A stretch of 39,128 nucleotides of DNA from Cloacimonetes bacterium UBA5456 (GTDB lineage Bacteria; Cloacimonadota; Cloacimonadia; Cloacimonadales; Cloacimonadaceae): NCBI GenBank assembly GCA_002427325.1, contig DIQS01000033.1:37396-76523 (forward strand). The letters are read 5' to 3'. Positions 34,746 to 39,128 of this stretch are shown piece after piece. Under the pieces are notes generated by a model. That model was not told the DNA's origin. It saw only the letters and a program-made list of their open reading frames with translations, and did no database searches. How positions within the stretch are numbered: position 1 is the stretch's first letter; every line of letters begins with the position of its first letter. The translations under genes were made by a program, and so were the position numbers.

Positions 34746-34773
34746 CTTATATAAAGAGTTATCAATTTGTCAA
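34746..34773 (-). promoter_or_regulatory. Candidate sigma70-type promoter of nrdDG
   Basis: On the minus strand: TTGACA (34773-34768), 16-nt spacer, TATAAG (34751-34746), about 100 nt upstream of the nrdD ATG. Confidence 0.4.
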
Positions 34774-35047
34774 GCAAGTATTGCTTACCTATTTGAAAGA
34801 GATTTCGAAAGGATCAGCCGTAATGTCGATCCCGAGAGAGTTAGGAGGATTTTGATAGATATCAACATTATGAAAAATAATTTTATGCGCGAAAACGATC
34901 AACAGTCTATAAGCTTGAGGCTCATCGTTTTAGGATTTGATCTTTATTTTCCAAAAAGCACCGTTTAATTTAGTCACAGGTTTAATGTCTTTCTCCACTC
35001 AAAAAGGTACAATATCGCATTTATTTTACTTATTTGCATTGAATATC

Positions 35048-35076
35048 TTGACAAAATTGAGCCATTGTTGGATACT
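35048..35076 (+). promoter_or_regulatory. Candidate sigma70-type promoter of the M20-dapB-dapF operon
   Basis: TTGACA (35048-35053), 17-nt spacer, GATACT (35071-35076). The SD AGAGAGGA is followed by the ATG at 35108. Confidence 0.45.
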
Positions 35077-35107
35077 GTACTCACCATATTAAAGAGAGGA
35101 CCCCGAA

Positions 35108-36226
35108 ATGCAAAACGATGTGGTCAGTTATTTCTTGGAACTGGTTGCAATTGATAGCGAATCCTTGAATGAGCGCGGCATGATCGAGAGACTCAAGAGT
35201 GATCTTGAACAGCTCGGTGCCGAGACATTCGTGGATGACAGCCATCTTAAGACCGGTGGAAACGCCGGAAATCTTTACGGCTTTCTGCCCGGTAATATTG
35301 ATAAAGCCCCGATCTTGCTATGTGCACATGTGGACACCGTGAAACCCGGCAACGGGATCAAACCAATAATCCGCGACGGCGTAATCTATAGCGACGGCAC
35401 AACTATACTCGGCGGAGACGATAAATCAGGCGTGGCTGAAATCATGGTCGCACTAAGACGCCTCAAAGCATCGGGCAAGGATCATGCACCGATAGAAGTT
35501 CTTTTCACAATCAGCGAAGAGATAGGCCTTTTAGGCGCACGAGGCTTTGACAAATCACGCCTTAAATCTTCATTCGGCTATGCTTTTGACACTCATGTGG
35601 TAGGCGAGATCATCATCGGCGCACCTTCTCAAAAATCCTTTAAAATCACCATCAATGGCAAAGAAGCCCATGCCGGAGTAGAGCCTGAGAAGGGGCTTAA
35701 TGCCATACTCATCGCCTCTGAAGCCATTACCCGGATGCCCATGGGACGCATAGACCCTGAAACCACCTGCAATATTGGCATTATCAAGGGCGGAACGGCG
35801 ACAAATATCGTTCCGAACACCGTTTATCTCAAAGGTGAAGCCCGTAGTCACAATCCCGATAAACTACAAAAGCTCTGTGCCGAAATCCGCAAGGCTTTTG
35901 ACGATGCTGTCCAAAAGCACTCTGAAAAAGGCGCAAGCATGGATTTCATCTGCAATCAAGAATATCACAGCTTTTTGATGGATGAAAGCTCCGAGGCAGT
36001 CCAACTGGCAATCAAGGCACTCAAAGATTTGGACATCCCCTACACCACCGGCAGAACTGGCGGCGGCAGCGATGCCAATATCTTCAACGCAGCCGGCTTC
36101 CCCATGATCATCTGCGGCACCGGCATGGACAAAGTTCACACGGTTGACGAGAAGATCGAAATCGCCGAGCTCATCCGCGGAACTGACTTCGTTTCACAGC
36201 TTATCAAACACCACAGCGAGGCATAA
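35108..36226 (+). CDS. M20/M25/M40 family metallopeptidase (peptidase T-like)
   Basis: 372 aa. Metal and catalytic motifs: CAHVDTV, GGDDKSG, SEEIGLLGA and KVHTVDEKIEI. Confidence 0.85.
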   Translation: MQNDVVSYFLELVAIDSESLNERGMIERLKSDLEQLGAETFVDDSHLKTGGNAGNLYGFLPGNIDKAPILLCAHVDTVKPGNGIKPIIRDGVIYSDGTTILGGDDKSGVAEIMVALRRLKASGKDHAPIEVLFTISEEIGLLGARGFDKSRLKSSFGYAFDTHVVGEIIIGAPSQKSFKITINGKEAHAGVEPEKGLNAILIASEAITRMPMGRIDPETTCNIGIIKGGTATNIVPNTVYLKGEARSHNPDKLQKLCAEIRKAFDDAVQKHSEKGASMDFICNQEYHSFLMDESSEAVQLAIKALKDLDIPYTTGRTGGGSDANIFNAAGFPMIICGTGMDKVHTVDEKIEIAELIRGTDFVSQLIKHHSEA

Positions 36227-36229
36227 GTC

Positions 36230-36976
36230 ATGCTAAAACTATCTCTTATCGGCTATGGCAAGATGGGCAAGATGGTAGAAAAGCTCGCCCTTGAGAAAGG
36301 CTTTGAGACCGTCAGCATCATCGACCCAAACGTCACCGGCGCACACAAAGAAATCACAAAAGAGGCTTTGAACGGCGCTGATGTCGCGATCGATTTCAGC
36401 CACCCAAGCGTCATCTTGGCAAATATCGAAAAGCTGATAGAGCTAAAGCAAAGAGCCGTGATCGGCACAACCGGCTGGCACGACAGCCTCGAAGACATCA
36501 TCGCTCGCGCCGAGAAATCAAGCACAGGCCTTGTCTATGGCTCGAACTTTTCCCTTGGCATGAATCTCTTTTTGAAGCTCGCAGAAGAGGCGACCCAGAT
36601 CTTTGATAACTTTGAGGAATACGACCTTTTAGCTTGGGAATTTCATCACAGTCAAAAGGCGGATAGCCCCTCCGGAACAGCGATTGAGCTCGCCAAGAAG
36701 ATATTGGAAAAGAGCAGTCGTAAAACGAAAGTAGCCTGGGACAAACTCGACAGACGCCCTGAAAAAGACGAGCTTCATTTTGCCAGCATCCGCGGTGGAA
36801 AGATTCCCGGAACCCACTGTTTGAGCTTTGACAGCGAAGAAGATAGCATCACCATCACCCATGAAGTTCGCTCTCGCGCCACTTTTGCTCGCGGCGCACT
36901 GATGGCAGCCGATTTTATCCATCAAAAACACGGCGTATTCAGCTTTTCAGAGATAATCGGAGAGCTACTTTGCTGA
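36230..36976 (+). CDS. dapB: 4-hydroxy-tetrahydrodipicolinate reductase
   Basis: 248 aa. The nucleotide-binding motif is IGYGKMGKMV, followed by GTTGW and the hallmark EFHHSQKADSPSGTA. Confidence 0.93.
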   Translation: MLKLSLIGYGKMGKMVEKLALEKGFETVSIIDPNVTGAHKEITKEALNGADVAIDFSHPSVILANIEKLIELKQRAVIGTTGWHDSLEDIIARAEKSSTGLVYGSNFSLGMNLFLKLAEEATQIFDNFEEYDLLAWEFHHSQKADSPSGTAIELAKKILEKSSRKTKVAWDKLDRRPEKDELHFASIRGGKIPGTHCLSFDSEEDSITITHEVRSRATFARGALMAADFIHQKHGVFSFSEIIGELLC

Positions 36977-37737
36977 TTCCTTTCTTCAAGATGCAGGCAC
37001 AAGGGAACGACTTTGTTTTCCTCGAATCCTCATTTGATATAGAGCCTGACATCTTAGCTAAGAAGATATGCGACAGACACTTTGGCATTGGCGCCGACGG
37101 CCTCGTCTATTTAGTTGAATCCGAAGTCGCAGACATGAGAATGATCATCTACAACTCGGATGGAACGCGCGCCATGATGTGCGGAAGTGCCCTGCGCTGT
37201 GCTGCCGCTCATCTTTTTGACAAAACAAATGCTAAACAACTAAGCATCGAGACCGATTCCGGGCTCAAAGAAGTAAGACAGAAAGAAGGCGAAATACATG
37301 TAAACATGGGCAAGCCCCGCCTCATCCAAAGCGGACTCAAGCTCTTGGACTTTGAAGGCGAACTCGTGGACATCGGCAATCTTCACTACATCATCTTTGA
37401 AGATAAGCCCATGACAGACCCGCATTTACAATATGGACACCAGCTTTCCACAAGCAAGCTTTTGCCCGATGAAGCAAACGTCCACTTCGTAAACATACAC
37501 GACCCAAGCTCGATCTCGATGAAGATCTGGGAACGAGGCGCCGGAGCCACTCTTGCTTGTGGCACGGGAGCCGCTTCAACCGTTTTTGCCGGCATCAAGC
37601 TGGGAAAGCTGGGCAACAAGGTGAGAGTTTTCGTCCCCGGCGGCGAGGTCAAAATCTCCCTGCAACCTGACGGCAGCCTCGAACTCATCGGCTCAGTCAC
37701 CAAGGTATTTGAAGGGGTTTATGCATGGACAACTTAG
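36970..37737 (+). CDS. dapF: Diaminopimelate epimerase
   Basis: 255 aa from TTG 36970 (alternative ATG at 36991). FFKMQAQGNDFVFL is the N terminus. The two catalytic Cys motifs are NSDGTRAMMCGSALRC and ERGAGATLACGTGAAS. Confidence 0.92.
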   Translation: MLIPFFKMQAQGNDFVFLESSFDIEPDILAKKICDRHFGIGADGLVYLVESEVADMRMIIYNSDGTRAMMCGSALRCAAAHLFDKTNAKQLSIETDSGLKEVRQKEGEIHVNMGKPRLIQSGLKLLDFEGELVDIGNLHYIIFEDKPMTDPHLQYGHQLSTSKLLPDEANVHFVNIHDPSSISMKIWERGAGATLACGTGAASTVFAGIKLGKLGNKVRVFVPGGEVKISLQPDGSLELIGSVTKVFEGVYAWTT

Positions 37738-38336
37738 GCAAATACCTCAAAGAACTGCGCGAGGACAAGGGTCTGAGCCAAACCGATGTCTTCAATAAAG
37801 CAAGAATCCGAGAAGAAGTCTTAGAGAAGATAGAGCAAAACAAGCTTTCTGACTTAGGCAACTATGGCTTTGTGAAGGCACTTGTCTATAACTACGCCCG
37901 TTTCCTGGACGCTGATCTTGATAAGGTGATGACGGAATTCAACGTCATCATGCCGCCCTCAATCAAGAAGGACTTTAACCCCCGCAGAAACATAACATCA
38001 AACAAAATAATGCTTTCTACAAACTTCTTCTGGAGCTTAGTGATCCTCGTAATCATCTTAGTCTTAGGTTCCATCCTGCTAAATGCCTACCGCAATGGAT
38101 GGCTAAAAAATCCTGAACTCTTCAGCAAAGACAAGCCCGTGAAAGAGAAAGTCGTCAAAGAAAAACCAGAAGAAGAGCCCGAAGAAATAAGACAAAGGAT
38201 GCTGGAACTCACCAAAAAGAAAGCAGATACCGAGCTGGATTCCACAGCGAAAAAGAAGGGAAATGTTGATTCGGATAACGCCGACTATTTAGGCACTATT
38301 TTAGGAGATAGCCCAATCAATATTTCCATCGATTAG
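37725..38336 (+). CDS. RodZ-like protein: XRE-type HTH, single TM helix, K/E-rich C-terminal region
   Basis: 203 aa. LGKYLKELREDKGLSQTDVFNKARIREEVLEKIEQNK...GFVKALVYNYARFLDAD matches the RodZ N-terminal HTH pattern. TM helix FFWSLVILVIILVLGSILL. It overlaps the dapF end by 13 nt. Confidence 0.7.
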   Translation: MDNLGKYLKELREDKGLSQTDVFNKARIREEVLEKIEQNKLSDLGNYGFVKALVYNYARFLDADLDKVMTEFNVIMPPSIKKDFNPRRNITSNKIMLSTNFFWSLVILVIILVLGSILLNAYRNGWLKNPELFSKDKPVKEKVVKEKPEEEPEEIRQRMLELTKKKADTELDSTAKKKGNVDSDNADYLGTILGDSPINISID

Positions 38337-38418
38337 CCCCCATTTTGTTGATTTTCATTCAATTTCCGCGCATATTCATTCCCCAAAAGTCCAGGACCTC
38401 TCATAACTTCCTACCTTG

Positions 38419-38523
38419 CCATCTCTTACCTATAGGGTTCAGCTTATCATTTGCTTATGATATGCTCATGCTCATGACCACATCATGACCATATCATGAC
38501 CAGAACCCAGTAAGGAAGACCTG
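38419..38523 (+). repeat. Copy D (complete) of the palindromic intergenic repeat
   Basis: It is collinear with copies B and C. The 3' half, 38476-38518, is identical to copy B. GGGTTC (38435-38440) pairs with GAACCC (38503-38508). The copy sits between convergent genes. Confidence 0.85.
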
Positions 38524-38602
38524 AAAAAAACATGAAATGCACAAGAGAATTTAGACTTGTAGCAATAAAAATCTAATCAGTTTTATAGAAATTGGGATAG
38601 AA

Positions 38603-38632
38603 GCGGCAAACTCACGCTGCCGCCTTGTTTTA
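38603..38632. terminator. Hairpin terminator between convergent genes; the U-tract is on the plus strand
   Basis: GCGGCA (38603-38608), 9-nt loop, TGCCGC (38618-38623), then CTTGTTTTA. It lies 10-40 nt downstream of the minus-strand stop at 38642. Confidence 0.5.
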
Positions 38633-38641
38633 TATATATTC

Positions 38642-39127
38642 TTAGTCGCTCTTCTTTGTGAACGCCACCATATTAGGATAGACAAAGCGATGGCTTCCGG
38701 CTTTCACGAGGTTTTTCATCTTATCGGCAATGAGCTCAACCTGATCGAGATAGTCGATGGTGTTCAGTCCACCAGCGGGTTCACATTCGCCGTTTTGTAT
38801 CTCGGTAAGGATACGGTTTCTCAGATACTTATATTGCTCGTTGATGCGTCCTTCCATCTCGACGATCTTATAGCTGTAATCCTCTTTAAACTCCTGCAGA
38901 TAGTCTATCCCCAAGTCCATCATAAAGGTGATTTTGGTATGCAGATCGCTGATCATCGCGCAATATTCTTCGGAAAGCGGCTCTTTTTGCACGGAAATCT
39001 GATAATTCAGGATGCGATTGACTTCTTCCATATAGTCGCCGAGCTTTTCAATGTCGTTCACGGTGTGGAGGAGCGCCGGAATCCTGCGCGCTACACTCTC
39101 ATAATTCGTTCTTTCGTTGAGCGCCAC
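38642..39127 (-). CDS. PhoU-domain protein, 3' portion only; likely the C-terminal region of a Na/Pi-cotransporter-family/PhoU-like protein, 5'-truncated by the window edge
   Basis: The ORF runs off the window; the apparent start is only a GTG at the edge. LHTVNDIEKLGDYMEEV and IDYLDQVELIADKMKNL resemble the paired PhoU-repeat LERIGD-type motifs. Confidence 0.6.
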   Translation of the reverse strand: MALNERTNYESVARRIPALLHTVNDIEKLGDYMEEVNRILNYQISVQKEPLSEEYCAMISDLHTKITFMMDLGIDYLQEFKEDYSYKIVEMEGRINEQYKYLRNRILTEIQNGECEPAGGLNTIDYLDQVELIADKMKNLVKAGSHRFVYPNMVAFTKKSD

Positions 39128-39128
39128 G

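Noticed and set aside
34655-34760. Possible NrdR boxes in the nrdD leader (CCAAATATATATCTTT near 34663; ACACTTATATAAAGAG near 34743)
   Set aside because: Each matches only the AT core or one ACAC/GTGT half-site of the acaCwAtATaTwGtgt consensus. The two sites are about 80 nt apart rather than the usual ~31-32 nt.
34870-34968. 32-codon ORF (MKNNFMRENDQQSISLRLIVLGFDLYFPKSTV) in the nrdD / M20 intergenic region
   Set aside because: The nearby AGGAGG is 21 nt from the ATG, which is too far. There is no conservation evidence, and such an ORF is plausible by chance in AT-rich DNA.
35077-35107. Lysine riboswitch (L-box) expected upstream of dap genes
   Set aside because: The candidate promoter leaves only about 25 nt of leader, which is too short for the ~180-nt L-box. 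No AGAGGCGC-type core was seen further upstream either.

Overview
A 39.1-kb chromosomal window from a Gram-negative bacterium. It is densely coded, and the four-copy repeat family below is the only mobile-element-like sequence: I saw no rRNA, tRNA, CRISPR array, transposase or integrase. A type-A T9SS C-terminal sorting domain (IYPNP...) suggests the FCB superphylum. Shine-Dalgarno sites and TTGACA/TATAAT-like promoters argue against Bacteroidota proper, so a Cloacimonadota/Fibrobacterota-like lineage is my inference, at low certainty.

Content, left to right:
- A membrane-anchored D-glucuronyl-C5-epimerase-like protein and yraN.
- A seven-gene plus-strand envelope operon (1797-12389). It encodes a small OM-barrel-like protein with a coiled-coil tail, a 1950-aa secreted TPR/beta-sandwich giant, a 92-aa secreted protein, ExbB, two ExbD paralogs, and a TonB_C-type transducer with an FHA-like cytoplasmic domain. 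There is no TonB-dependent receptor.
- priA.
- A long translationally coupled minus-strand operon: rimP-nusA-ylxR-ylxQ-infB-rbfA-DHH-truB-ribF, then a T9SS cargo protein, a YhaM-like gene and an MBL hydrolase.
- An MOFRL glycerate-kinase-like gene and a TIGR03960/DUF2344 radical-SAM fusion.
- A vanZ-like gene, nrdG and nrdD.
- An M20 peptidase-dapB-dapF-rodZ-like operon.
- The 3' part of a PhoU-domain gene.

The best candidate for an undescribed system is the ExbBD/TonB-like motor operon built around the giant protein. The second notable signal is a ~106-nt structured palindromic repeat carrying four CATGACC heptamers. It occurs four times, always intergenic and always in the same orientation, and its arms show compensatory changes. 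All calls come from reading the translations and the DNA by eye; no searches were run.
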